Position numbers and translations under genes: made by a program
Origin: a virus
Lineage: Duplodnaviria; Caudoviricetes
DNA length: 26,483 bases
Direction: 5' to 3' (one strand)
Virus record (IMG/VR): IMGVR_UViG_3300032247_000617
Location: 1 to 26,483 of that record
The notes under the pieces: model-generated
The model's input: the letters and a program-made list of their open reading frames with translations, nothing else
What the model was told of the DNA's origin: nothing
Databases searched by the model: none
Part shown: positions 9,296-18,001 of the stretch, in pieces
Layout: each line of letters opens with the position of its first letter
Position numbering within the stretch: position 1 is the first letter of the stretch

Positions 9296-10195
9296 ATGAA
9301 AAAATTATTAGTTATATTAAGTTTACTCGCACTATCAGCGTGTACTAAACCAACTAGCGAAGCACCTAAAGCAAGTGCAACTGCTCCAACATTTGTATTA
9401 GACTACACTGCAAATTGCACATCAGGTGGCGCACCCACTATTAGTGGTAACTCTATAACGTTTGGCTCAGGCACACAATGTCAAGCAGGTAGATTAGTAG
9501 CCACACAAAGTTATGCTAACATTACTGAATTTAGAGCCACTGTAGATTTAAGTAAGTTAGGAAACAACTATGTTAACGCATCTATCTACTTAGTATCGAA
9601 CCCTGTACAGCCAACAACACAACCAATTGGCAGCAATTATTGTGACGCAGGTGGCAATGGTAATCAGTGGAATTGTAGAGAAATTGATTTTATGGAAACT
9701 AACGGTAATAAGCTATATCAAACTACATTACATTTAGGAACAGGCGGTAGTTCAGCACCACAACGCTATGAATATTCATATGCTAGTACATCATTAAACA
9801 ACAGTTGCTTTACCAGTGCTAATATGAAAAATGATCCAACAGCAGGATTACATGATATGACAAGTATTGATATGACAAAGCCCTTTGATATGGTTGCATC
9901 TATCACATACGATACACCTAGAATGGTAGTAACTTATCAACAAGGTTCTACCAGTGTTGTAGTATATGATACCAATGATGGATCAGGCGCAGAAGGAAGC
10001 GGAACAGTAGATATGAATGACTTAGTAACTACGATGAAGAACGGCTATTGGCCTGTTATATCATTTTGGCAAGGCTATAGCCCTAAGGGCCCAGGCTCTG
10101 CTCCATGGTGGAATGGAAGCTGTGGATGGGGTGCATTATGCAATAACACTAGTTCATATTGGAGTGTGAGCAACGTTCAAGTAACTACGAAATAA
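9296..10195 (+). CDS. Lipoprotein with clan GH-B glycoside hydrolase domain (GH7-like/GH16-like)
   Basis: Signal peptide with lipobox LSAC; catalytic ExDxxE motif EIDFME (9680-9697); YCDA; TTLH; RBS AAAGGA. Confidence 0.75.
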   Translation: MKKLLVILSLLALSACTKPTSEAPKASATAPTFVLDYTANCTSGGAPTISGNSITFGSGTQCQAGRLVATQSYANITEFRATVDLSKLGNNYVNASIYLVSNPVQPTTQPIGSNYCDAGGNGNQWNCREIDFMETNGNKLYQTTLHLGTGGSSAPQRYEYSYASTSLNNSCFTSANMKNDPTAGLHDMTSIDMTKPFDMVASITYDTPRMVVTYQQGSTSVVVYDTNDGSGAEGSGTVDMNDLVTTMKNGYWPVISFWQGYSPKGPGSAPWWNGSCGWGALCNNTSSYWSVSNVQVTTK

Positions 10196-10206
10196 AAGGA
10201 AACAAA

Positions 10207-10809
10207 ATGAAAAAACTATTAGCAATTATAGCATTACTAATACTATCAAACCCCGTATTTGCTCAACCAGCTAAAGATGGCATTACAACTTGTAATGGTG
10301 AGTACGCACTATGTGCCGCAAGCACTTGTAAACCAACTGGAAGAACAATTACTGGTAATAACGGTGTACCTTATCCTGAAGTAGAATGTCGTTGTCCTAT
10401 TCTTGACGGTGTGGCTATTGCTGATACAAGTGCCGGCAACATGAAGGGTAGTTGTGCCGCAACAGATAGCAATCATGTCTGGAGTTTGTTTGCACCCAAA
10501 GTGTTCTATCCACAAGAGGCTAGCAACTTTAGTTCTTTGTTTTGGAAACAAAAAGCTACTATACAGAAGTGTGATGCTAGTTTAAATCTTGGTGCAAAGT
10601 CTAGTAACTGCTTTAGCTGGAACTGTAAGAAAGGTGCAGATGGCATAGCAATATGTTCATGCCCTACTGGTCAAGTACCACCTGCAACATCGTTCTTAAC
10701 AGAAGCAGGTCAAGGTAATCCAGACGCATGTGCCCAATACCCGGTAAGTTTACCAATCAAAGCACAAGACAAAGCAGAAGCTAAAACAAGTATAGTTAAA
10801 GGAAAATAA
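10207..10809 (+). CDS. Secreted cysteine-rich protein (200 aa, 12 Cys)
   Basis: Start moved to ATG 10207 after RBS AAAGGA; signal peptide MKKLLAIIALLILSNPVFA; two C..C-x4-C..CxCP..C modules. Confidence 0.8.
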   Translation: MKKLLAIIALLILSNPVFAQPAKDGITTCNGEYALCAASTCKPTGRTITGNNGVPYPEVECRCPILDGVAIADTSAGNMKGSCAATDSNHVWSLFAPKVFYPQEASNFSSLFWKQKATIQKCDASLNLGAKSSNCFSWNCKKGADGIAICSCPTGQVPPATSFLTEAGQGNPDACAQYPVSLPIKAQDKAEAKTSIVKGK

Positions 10810-10810
10810 A

Positions 10811-11041
10811 ATGAAAGCAATCATATGGAGTAAGTACAATTGCCCTTACTGTGACCAAGCAAAAGCATTGATGACAAGTAAGGGAATTCAATTTGAAGAA
10901 AAGAAAATTGGTGACGGATACACTAAGGAAGAATTGTTAGAAGCAGTTCCAAATGCACGTACAGTACCACAAATCTTTTTAGATGGACAGTTAATCGGTG
11001 GATTTACCGAACTTAAACAAAAATTAACAGAGAGCGCATAA
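10811..11041 (+). CDS. grxC: Glutaredoxin (probable RNR reductant)
   Basis: CPYC active site, TVPQIF, IGGF. Confidence 0.93.
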   Translation: MKAIIWSKYNCPYCDQAKALMTSKGIQFEEKKIGDGYTKEELLEAVPNARTVPQIFLDGQLIGGFTELKQKLTESA

Positions 11042-11346
11042 TGCAACTACCACTAACACTAAACACAGTATACACATTTAAGTTAAATTCGGGCGAAGAA
11101 CTAATTGCTAAAGTAGTTCAAGCAGATAGTGACTTTATTGCAATGGAAGAACCTGTTTCTATTGCACCTACTCAGCAAGGTATGCAAATGATTCCTAGCG
11201 TATTCACCGCAGAACCGAAGGGTCAATTTAAGCTAAATACTAATAGTATTGCTATCTATGCTGAAACCGAAGATAGTATCAAGGATAAATATTTAGAAGC
11301 AACTACAGGTATTAAAGTACCTAGCAAAAAAATAGTATTGGGATAA
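11041..11346 (+). CDS. Conserved phage protein, probable Sm-like fold
   Basis: FKLNSGEELIAKV pattern typical of small beta-barrel proteins of T4-like phages; TAATG overlap with the glutaredoxin gene. Confidence 0.6.
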   Translation: MQLPLTLNTVYTFKLNSGEELIAKVVQADSDFIAMEEPVSIAPTQQGMQMIPSVFTAEPKGQFKLNTNSIAIYAETEDSIKDKYLEATTGIKVPSKKIVLG

Positions 11347-11350
11347 CATA

Positions 11351-11644
11351 ATGACAGGAGTAAGCAGACTAGGTGACACAAATGCGCCAGGTGGTGCGAT
11401 ACTCCACGGTGCTGATACCGTTTTTGTAAACAATATAGCTGTGGGTCTGCATGTAAGTCAAATAAGCGCACATGCGCCATGGCCCCAACGTAGAAATAAC
11501 CCTCATCCCCCGCATGCGGCAGCATCAACTACAGAGGGGAGTCCTACTGTCTTTGCAGAAGGACAACCATTATTAAGAATAGGCTCATCAGTAACTTGCG
11601 GTCATCCGATTGTTCAGGGTAGTGATGATGTATTTTGCCCATGA
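11351..11644 (+). CDS. PAAR-repeat spike tip protein (T4 gp5.4-like)
   Basis: VSRLGD, TVFVN, GSPTVFAEGQPLLRIG, CGH, GSDDVF; His/Cys metal ligands. Confidence 0.9.
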   Translation: MTGVSRLGDTNAPGGAILHGADTVFVNNIAVGLHVSQISAHAPWPQRRNNPHPPHAAASTTEGSPTVFAEGQPLLRIGSSVTCGHPIVQGSDDVFCP

Positions 11645-13350
11645 GTGATACAGGAAAACAAAGCCCATTAGGCGTCAACTCAATGAGTGGACTTTTGCAA
11701 AACAAAGGTCTATGGATTAATAAAGTTGGCGTAGGGTATATGGGCACAAGCCATAATATTGGTAGCTATTCTTTTGGCACATTAATTCAAAATACTGTAC
11801 TAAGGTTATTAACTTGGGCTATAAATGACGGTTATGTTAGGGGTGTTGTAAATGCTAATACATATCAAAATTTAATATATGTAGGCGAATATTTAGATTG
11901 GTACACTGTTACTAACGGGGCATGGGGTAGTTTTATGAACAGCTATGCTATTTGGACAAATAACAGAGATGACGTATCTACATATACATATACGACAAGT
12001 GTTAATTTTCCCGCAACAGGTTCGTACATATTTAATTATGCCGCCGATAACTCAATGACAGTTACATTAGATAATGTGTCAATCGGTCCAGCAACAACTA
12101 CGTTTACAAGTAATGATACAGCATCAGTAAGTGTAGTAGCAGGTGACCACATCATTGCTATGACTATTACTAATACAGGTGGTCCTGCAGGTGGTGCAGT
12201 ACAAATTATTAAACCTGTTGGTGGTGAATTATGGAACTCACGTTCATACTTGGCTGGCTATTCATCGGGTGACGCAACACAACCAACAGGTGGTATACCG
12301 GGGTTAGGTAACTCAAAGCCGCCTACATTTACATACACCGGTGATCCAAATTGGGGTGGTGCAAGTTATACAGGACAAGTTGCAAGTTGGGGTTATTTAA
12401 GATTGTATCCGTGGCAAGCATGGAATGAATTTAATTACAATAACATGTTAGCTACTAATGGATACTATACTGACTTCTTAGGCTCATTCATGGCTTCTGC
12501 TGCCTTTATTGGTTATTCTAATCAAGCCATTACATCACTACATAACTCAATACATTTCTTAGAAGGTACTTTTAGTAATCAAAATGATTTGATTAGTAGT
12601 GACATAAGTGGGGTAACATTAGCGGCTCCCGCATTTGGTCAAGATTTGATTGCGTTGGGTAAGGCAATAGACCTATCTAAAATACAATCATTTGGATTAC
12701 CTAGTAATTTGCTAGCTACATTAAAGAAAAATAATGCATTAACTCCTTCGCTTACTTTAGCACTGATTAGTGCAGGATTGTCACCAAGCGATATAACAAC
12801 AGTTGTAAACAATGTAAATGTTACTACCTTACAACAACAGCAAACATATGCGGCATTTTTAATTATAACTGGAGTAGACTTACAAAGTATTTGTGTATCA
12901 TTAAATTGTAGTACAAAAGGGTTAGAGACATTAGCAGATTTGTTAGATGTAAAAAAATTGTTTCCAAATAGCTATCAATCATTAACTGTACCGATGTACA
13001 ACGCAAGTCCTGGGCCAACTAACAGCAAAACATATTATCCAATCTATATTGGTACAGGGGTGAACCCGGCACTAATGTCTGATACAATGGACAAATTAGT
13101 AGGTACAATTATCCCACCTGGATCACCTACAGTATCACCTGCACCCGAATCAACTAGTACTCCTGCAGTTGTTGACACAACTCTGCCGGCAACAGATACT
13201 AATAATCAAACAATAACAACAGGTGATGCATTTGGTACTACTAAAGGTCAATCTGATTCCGCAGATGAATCTACTAGACTTAAACGTTTGGCAACATACA
13301 AACAACAGCAGATTAGGGATATAGTATCACAATCAAATATAGTACAATAA
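11641..13350 (+). CDS. Large probable structural (baseplate-region) protein with an internal beta-sandwich/lectin-like segment
   Basis: ATGA overlap with PAAR favours start 11641; directly follows PAAR; segment 11890-12250 has AADN and NTGGPAG motifs. Function inferred from context. Confidence 0.55.
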   Translation: MSDTGKQSPLGVNSMSGLLQNKGLWINKVGVGYMGTSHNIGSYSFGTLIQNTVLRLLTWAINDGYVRGVVNANTYQNLIYVGEYLDWYTVTNGAWGSFMNSYAIWTNNRDDVSTYTYTTSVNFPATGSYIFNYAADNSMTVTLDNVSIGPATTTFTSNDTASVSVVAGDHIIAMTITNTGGPAGGAVQIIKPVGGELWNSRSYLAGYSSGDATQPTGGIPGLGNSKPPTFTYTGDPNWGGASYTGQVASWGYLRLYPWQAWNEFNYNNMLATNGYYTDFLGSFMASAAFIGYSNQAITSLHNSIHFLEGTFSNQNDLISSDISGVTLAAPAFGQDLIALGKAIDLSKIQSFGLPSNLLATLKKNNALTPSLTLALISAGLSPSDITTVVNNVNVTTLQQQQTYAAFLIITGVDLQSICVSLNCSTKGLETLADLLDVKKLFPNSYQSLTVPMYNASPGPTNSKTYYPIYIGTGVNPALMSDTMDKLVGTIIPPGSPTVSPAPESTSTPAVVDTTLPATDTNNQTITTGDAFGTTKGQSDSADESTRLKRLATYKQQQIRDIVSQSNIVQ

Positions 13351-13351
13351 T

Positions 13352-15277
13352 ATGGCAATAGATACCCAACAACCAATAAATACTGCAAATAATACCACTG
13401 CTACTGATTTAAATATTCAGGCATTGCCTAAGGGTTTTGGTAGTTATTTAAACAATATATTACCCGATGATATAGCAACTGCCGCGGGGGCATTTAGTAG
13501 AACGATGCAACAGATTAGGAACATTCAAGGTGTTCCTATAGAAAAGTTTGCACAAGTTGCAGGTACTATGGAAACAAACAAAGGTCTTCCATTGACAAAT
13601 GGCACCAATGTCCCTACAAACATAACAGAAGCGCAACTGGGCGCAGGCATAGTAGCATTAGGTAGCGGGCCGTATAACACATACACATTCTCAGACTTCT
13701 TTGGATGCATGAGTTGTTTGCCTTATCCTTGGGCAACAATACAACAACAGATACAAACATTAACAACTACTAAATTATCTAATATATACAATCAACTGTT
13801 CTTAGCAGTTACATGGGAACGTGCCCAAGTAAGTATGGTACAAACCAAATACAATGTGTTGGTTCAACCTTATATACCACCTGACCCATCAGCACTTCCT
13901 CCCATAGCAGGTCAACCTAGAATTGACGATTGGTATTATACTGTTGCATCTAGTCTTACTAATGCAGGTGGAGGTTACAGTAGAGGTACAGCCCCATTAC
14001 CAAATCCAGTAGTATTAACTCCTAATAATTGCGGAGCATCTGCTAGTATAACAAGCATGGGTACGGATGATACTTTTGCCGCAAGTAATCACGGTGGTAC
14101 TTTTGGTAGAATCACTGGTTACTCATTCAGTCCTGGCTCAGCATATAAGTATACCACAACTTCAGTTAATCAAGCAGGTCCGCCATCAGCACCTGCGGCG
14201 CCCGTTGAATATGTAACTATTCTAAGCCCACCAACTGATACATTGCCTGTTCAATCAAACGGAAGCATAGCTACTGGTGGAACAAACACAGCAGGTGCAA
14301 AATATGGGTCTGATGGAAGTGTAACCATAAATGAACCAGGTTGGCCCGGCATGAACACACCCGTGCAATTGTACATCAACCAAGCTAACGATGAGATATT
14401 CTCAATACGCAATAATAATTTAACATTGGCAGGTAAATTAAATCTTAATTGGAACAATATTGGTGAAAGATTAAATCAAGAGCAACGAGCAAGAAATATT
14501 GGATTGACCTCAGAACCTCCTCCAAACACACCACCGGCAACATTAATACCAAATCTTAATCCATATCCAATAACAATGTACAGTTTTATTGACAATGTTC
14601 CTAAGTATGCAAAAAACACAGAACCGCATATGTCGGCACAAACTATAGAAGCTATTTCTGATACAGATATCGTAACTGGACAAAGTACTATTGGGTTGAT
14701 GAGAGAAAGTAGAAATCAAGATAGATTAAGTAAAGCTGGTCTAATTTTAGATAATACTATTGCAGATGCATTGCCCATAGAACAGCAAAAACAATTACTA
14801 GCAAATGGTAGTTTGTCAGTACCCACAACAATAACTACAACTGATGCTAATGCAAATGTCACTACAACAACTGCTAATGTTCCTACTCCGTTATCATATC
14901 CTGACCCTACTGTTATACCTGCAGGCTATTACGATCCAGTTACCCAATTATATTATGTTACACCTGTTATACCATTCAATGTAACAGTAGATACTTCACT
15001 TACACCAAATAACGCATCAAATAACGCATCAATCGCCACAACTACAGGTAATGCTAATCCTGTGCTTGCAAAGCAAGTTGGTGTAGGAATTGGAACGCCG
15101 GTAGCAACCGGTGGGCCAGCAGTACCCGGCAGTTTAGGCGGATCACAGTATCAATCCTTGATACCACCGTCATTAAACCCATATTACACATCAGGTGTAC
15201 TATTGCCGGCGACTAACTCAGTAGCAGAAGCCATCGAACAAGTTATTGCATGTAACTGTGATTGCTGGGTACATTAA
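13352..15277 (+). CDS. Large Pro/Thr-rich probable structural protein ending in CNCDCWVH
   Basis: 641 aa ORF starting after a 1-nt gap from the previous stop; composition typical of virion proteins. Function inferred from context. Confidence 0.55.
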   Translation: MAIDTQQPINTANNTTATDLNIQALPKGFGSYLNNILPDDIATAAGAFSRTMQQIRNIQGVPIEKFAQVAGTMETNKGLPLTNGTNVPTNITEAQLGAGIVALGSGPYNTYTFSDFFGCMSCLPYPWATIQQQIQTLTTTKLSNIYNQLFLAVTWERAQVSMVQTKYNVLVQPYIPPDPSALPPIAGQPRIDDWYYTVASSLTNAGGGYSRGTAPLPNPVVLTPNNCGASASITSMGTDDTFAASNHGGTFGRITGYSFSPGSAYKYTTTSVNQAGPPSAPAAPVEYVTILSPPTDTLPVQSNGSIATGGTNTAGAKYGSDGSVTINEPGWPGMNTPVQLYINQANDEIFSIRNNNLTLAGKLNLNWNNIGERLNQEQRARNIGLTSEPPPNTPPATLIPNLNPYPITMYSFIDNVPKYAKNTEPHMSAQTIEAISDTDIVTGQSTIGLMRESRNQDRLSKAGLILDNTIADALPIEQQKQLLANGSLSVPTTITTTDANANVTTTTANVPTPLSYPDPTVIPAGYYDPVTQLYYVTPVIPFNVTVDTSLTPNNASNNASIATTTGNANPVLAKQVGVGIGTPVATGGPAVPGSLGGSQYQSLIPPSLNPYYTSGVLLPATNSVAEAIEQVIACNCDCWVH

Positions 15278-15287
15278 CCAAAACATA

Positions 15288-15316
15288 TTGTATAATATAG
15301 CAATATCTGTTATACT
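15288..15316 (+). promoter_or_regulatory. Sigma70-type promoter with extended -10
   Basis: TTGTAT (15288-15293), 17 bp spacer, TG-n-TATACT (15311-15316); intergenic; RBS AAAGGAG at 15352-15358. Confidence 0.7.
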
Positions 15317-15363
15317 ATGTTTTTGTCCCTGTTAGTCGGGGGAACTTGATGAAAGGAGAAAAA

Positions 15364-15915
15364 ATGGAAAATGTAATACGAGGTGTATGTATGATATTAG
15401 GAACAATCATTGTGTTGTTTTTAACTAAAGACATTACACATTACAAATTAGATTACTATAAAGGACAGGATCGTTATCTAGAAACGACCTCTACTAAAGT
15501 GATTGAACAAAGATTAAATTGCATGACGCAAAATATTTACCGAGAAGCAGGTTATGAGCCGTTCGAAGGTAAAGTAGCAGTAGCGCAAGTAACATTAAAT
15601 AGGGTAAATGATCCTAGATTTCCAAAAGATATCTGTGCAGTAGTATATCAGAAAAACGTAATTATGGAAAAAGTAGTTTGTCAATTTTCTTGGTATTGTA
15701 TAGATAGTATTAACAAAACTAAGGCAATTAACAATGCCGCATATAAAGAAAGCTATGAAGTAGCTAAAAAAGTTATGTTAGAGGGATTCAGATTGGATGG
15801 AGTAAAACATGCATTATATTATCATGCTGATTATATAAATCCAAACTGGAAGCTACGTAAAGTAGCCAAAATAGGCAATCATATATTTTATGAAGACAAC
15901 AATAGGAAAGATTAA
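15364..15915 (+). CDS. Cell wall hydrolase, SleB/Hydrolase_2 family, with N-terminal membrane anchor
   Basis: NIYREA (catalytic Glu), AVAQVTLNRV, FPKDICAVVYQ, CQFSW, YYHADY, KIGNHIFY; start reassigned to the ATG after the RBS. Confidence 0.9.
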   Translation: MENVIRGVCMILGTIIVLFLTKDITHYKLDYYKGQDRYLETTSTKVIEQRLNCMTQNIYREAGYEPFEGKVAVAQVTLNRVNDPRFPKDICAVVYQKNVIMEKVVCQFSWYCIDSINKTKAINNAAYKESYEVAKKVMLEGFRLDGVKHALYYHADYINPNWKLRKVAKIGNHIFYEDNNRKD

Positions 15916-15916
15916 A

Positions 15917-16240
15917 ATGACAGATGTAATTGATAACGTAACAAAAAGCATTCAAAATTTTGGTAAAGATTTTGCAGAAAAAATCACGCACCTATCATCT
16001 GAGACAATTCATTGGATGGCAGTACTATGTTTACATGGTGCAACTGCTCCCAATTTAATTGGAGTTATGTTAGGCTTAACTGATGTTATGCCTCCCATTG
16101 ATATCGTGTTGATTGTATGGTCTGCTTTAGCTTTATTGTTTATGAAGGCAATTATTACCAAAGACAGATTAAATCTTATTACAATTGGATTGGGCTTCAT
16201 GGCTCAAGCAGTTGTAATGGCATTAATTTTCTTTAAATAG
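15917..16240 (+). CDS. Small membrane protein with about 3 transmembrane helices
   Basis: ATG 15917 after AGGAAAG; three hydrophobic segments. Confidence 0.7.
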   Translation: MTDVIDNVTKSIQNFGKDFAEKITHLSSETIHWMAVLCLHGATAPNLIGVMLGLTDVMPPIDIVLIVWSALALLFMKAIITKDRLNLITIGLGFMAQAVVMALIFFK

Positions 16241-16241
16241 T

Positions 16242-16721
16242 ATGAGTGAAGAAGACAAGAGCAATCTTGCTAAAGGTAGGACTAGTTATGACCTTAAAGT
16301 AGGAGACTCTCTTGTCCCGTTCTTTAACAGAAATGTTTCAGAATACCCAACTGAAGCAGGTGGTCCTAAATTTGATTTAATACCAGTTGCAAAACAAAAA
16401 GACATAATGATTAATCATGCTAGGATTTATGCCAAGCAAGAATATGATAGAATCATGGAGTTAGTTGCAGTATTACAAAAGCAAGCAGAAGATATAAAAC
16501 GTAGACTTGATGTTACTGATTTAGTCTATGCCGCTGAGTATCAATTTCAAATTGTAATGGGTCAGTATTATTGGTTAATTTTTGACAATAGAAAACAACA
16601 AATGATATTATCGCATCACGGACCAGATGAGTGGAGTTCTGGTAAACCAGAAAGTTATGACTATATAACTCAAGTAAAGTATATGGGTGACCATACTTGG
16701 ATGGAAGTGACAAATGAGTAA
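16242..16721 (+). CDS. DUF2452-like protein
   Basis: YPTEAGGPKF, coiled-coil LQKQAEDIKRR, G-x-x-Y-x-L, LS...GPDEW pattern recalled for this family. Confidence 0.65.
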   Translation: MSEEDKSNLAKGRTSYDLKVGDSLVPFFNRNVSEYPTEAGGPKFDLIPVAKQKDIMINHARIYAKQEYDRIMELVAVLQKQAEDIKRRLDVTDLVYAAEYQFQIVMGQYYWLIFDNRKQQMILSHHGPDEWSSGKPESYDYITQVKYMGDHTWMEVTNE

Positions 16722-17277
16722 GATAAACAGTAGTCCCGAACGTCATACCTTTCAGAAAGAAGGATATATCAAACGTTGTGAGGAAGAAGGTAAAGAACCT
16801 AATCCTGATTACATTGACATGTATAAAACTTGGCGTGAGCAAGATGCAGAAAATCTTGTTAATCCAGAATGGCAAAAAGACAACATGGAGTACGACTTAC
16901 GTAGTACTAAATGGATTTGTGATAAAGTCAAAGGTGATGAAGTCTATGCACAAAACTTGTATGCGGCAATGTGCAATAGAGACTTTACAAAAAATGATGT
17001 ATGGCCCATACTAACTGAAAAAAAATGGGGTTGTAGTTGGAGATATGCAGGTGGCATTATTGCTGACATGCGTGAAGACGGCGATTACATAGATTGGTAT
17101 TGCAGTGGTATTAAAAATAACCCTTCAGAAGAAGAAATAGCAAAATTCAACGATGTGCAAAAACAACAATATCTTCAACTACAGGCATTTGTTAGTGAAG
17201 GCTTTGTAACTGATGAAATTCGTGAAGATTTGCTTAAATTAGGTTGGGTAGTTTTACCAGATGATTTAGATGACTAA
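16714..17277 (+). CDS. Conserved phage hypothetical protein
   Basis: 187 aa; YAQNLYAAMCN and CSWRYAGGIIADMR...DYIDWYCSG blocks; overlaps the upstream gene. Confidence 0.75.
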   Translation: MSKINSSPERHTFQKEGYIKRCEEEGKEPNPDYIDMYKTWREQDAENLVNPEWQKDNMEYDLRSTKWICDKVKGDEVYAQNLYAAMCNRDFTKNDVWPILTEKKWGCSWRYAGGIIADMREDGDYIDWYCSGIKNNPSEEEIAKFNDVQKQQYLQLQAFVSEGFVTDEIREDLLKLGWVVLPDDLDD

Positions 17278-17292
17278 ATACATTACAGGAGA
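17274..17292 (+). promoter_or_regulatory. Candidate T4-like late promoter (CTAAATA) followed by RBS AGGAGA
   Basis: Resembles the T4 late consensus TATAAATA; lies at a gene boundary. Confidence 0.4.
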
Positions 17293-17299
17293 TACTATT

Positions 17300-17419
17300 A
17301 TGTTAGAAACATTATTTTGGTTATTTTTAGGTGCATTCGTCGGATGGAACTTCCCTCAACCTCAGTTTGCTAAGAACATTCAAGCAAAAGTTTTAACAAT
17401 GTTTAATAAGAAAGAATAA
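17300..17419 (+). CDS. Small membrane protein, 39 aa (MLETLFWLFLGAFVGWNFPQPQFAKNIQAKVLTMFNKKE), absent from the ORF track
   Basis: Strong RBS AGGAGA 7 nt upstream; fills the intergenic gap; hydrophobic N-terminus and basic tail. Confidence 0.8.
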   Translation: MLETLFWLFLGAFVGWNFPQPQFAKNIQAKVLTMFNKKE

Positions 17420-17424
17420 CATGT

Positions 17425-17616
17425 ATGATAGTAAGATTTGCAAATGCAATAGGTAGAACTCATGGTAAATTTTTTACTTGGTTAGGACAAAAAGCAGAAT
17501 CTAACCCTTGGTGGGCAGTAGCACTCACAGTGTGGGCGCTATATGAAATTTTAGAACATATTGCGGGCCCAGTATTAGCAATACTAGCCGCAACAGGACA
17601 TTTAACTTTAAGGTAA
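17425..17616 (+). CDS. Small membrane protein, 63 aa
   Basis: Fills the gap before iscU; hydrophobic segment WWAVALTVWALY. Confidence 0.7.
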   Translation: MIVRFANAIGRTHGKFFTWLGQKAESNPWWAVALTVWALYEILEHIAGPVLAILAATGHLTLR

Positions 17617-17620
17617 AATT

Positions 17621-18001
17621 ATGGCATATTCAGAAAAAGTAGTTGACCACTATGAAAACCCGCGTAACGTGGGTAGTTTTGGTAAAGATGAAAATGATAT
17701 AGGTACAGGCATGGTAGGAGCTCCTGCATGCGGTGACGTAATGAAATTACAAATTAAAGTAGATAACAATACAGGAATAATAACAGATGCCAAATTTAAG
17801 ACATACGGGTGTGGGTCGGCAATTGCTTCTTCAAGCCTTGTTACAGAGTGGGTCAAGGGTAAAACATTGGATGAAGCTACAACCATCAAGAACTCAGATA
17901 TTGCAACCGAACTCGCCCTCCCCCCAGTTAAAATCCACTGCTCAATCCTCGCAGAAGACGCCATCAAAGCCGCAGTAGAGGACTACAAAAAACGCCACTG
18001 A
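17621..18001 (+). CDS. iscU: Fe-S cluster assembly scaffold IscU
   Basis: MAYSEKVVDHYENPRNVG, GAPACGDVM, GCGSAIASSS, LPPVKIHCS. Confidence 0.98.
   Translation: MAYSEKVVDHYENPRNVGSFGKDENDIGTGMVGAPACGDVMKLQIKVDNNTGIITDAKFKTYGCGSAIASSSLVTEWVKGKTLDEATTIKNSDIATELALPPVKIHCSILAEDAIKAAVEDYKKRH

Noticed and set aside
15008-15031. 12-bp tandem duplication AATAACGCATCA x2 (NNAS-NNAS)
   Set aside because: An in-frame slippage event in a low-complexity linker, with no sign of function.
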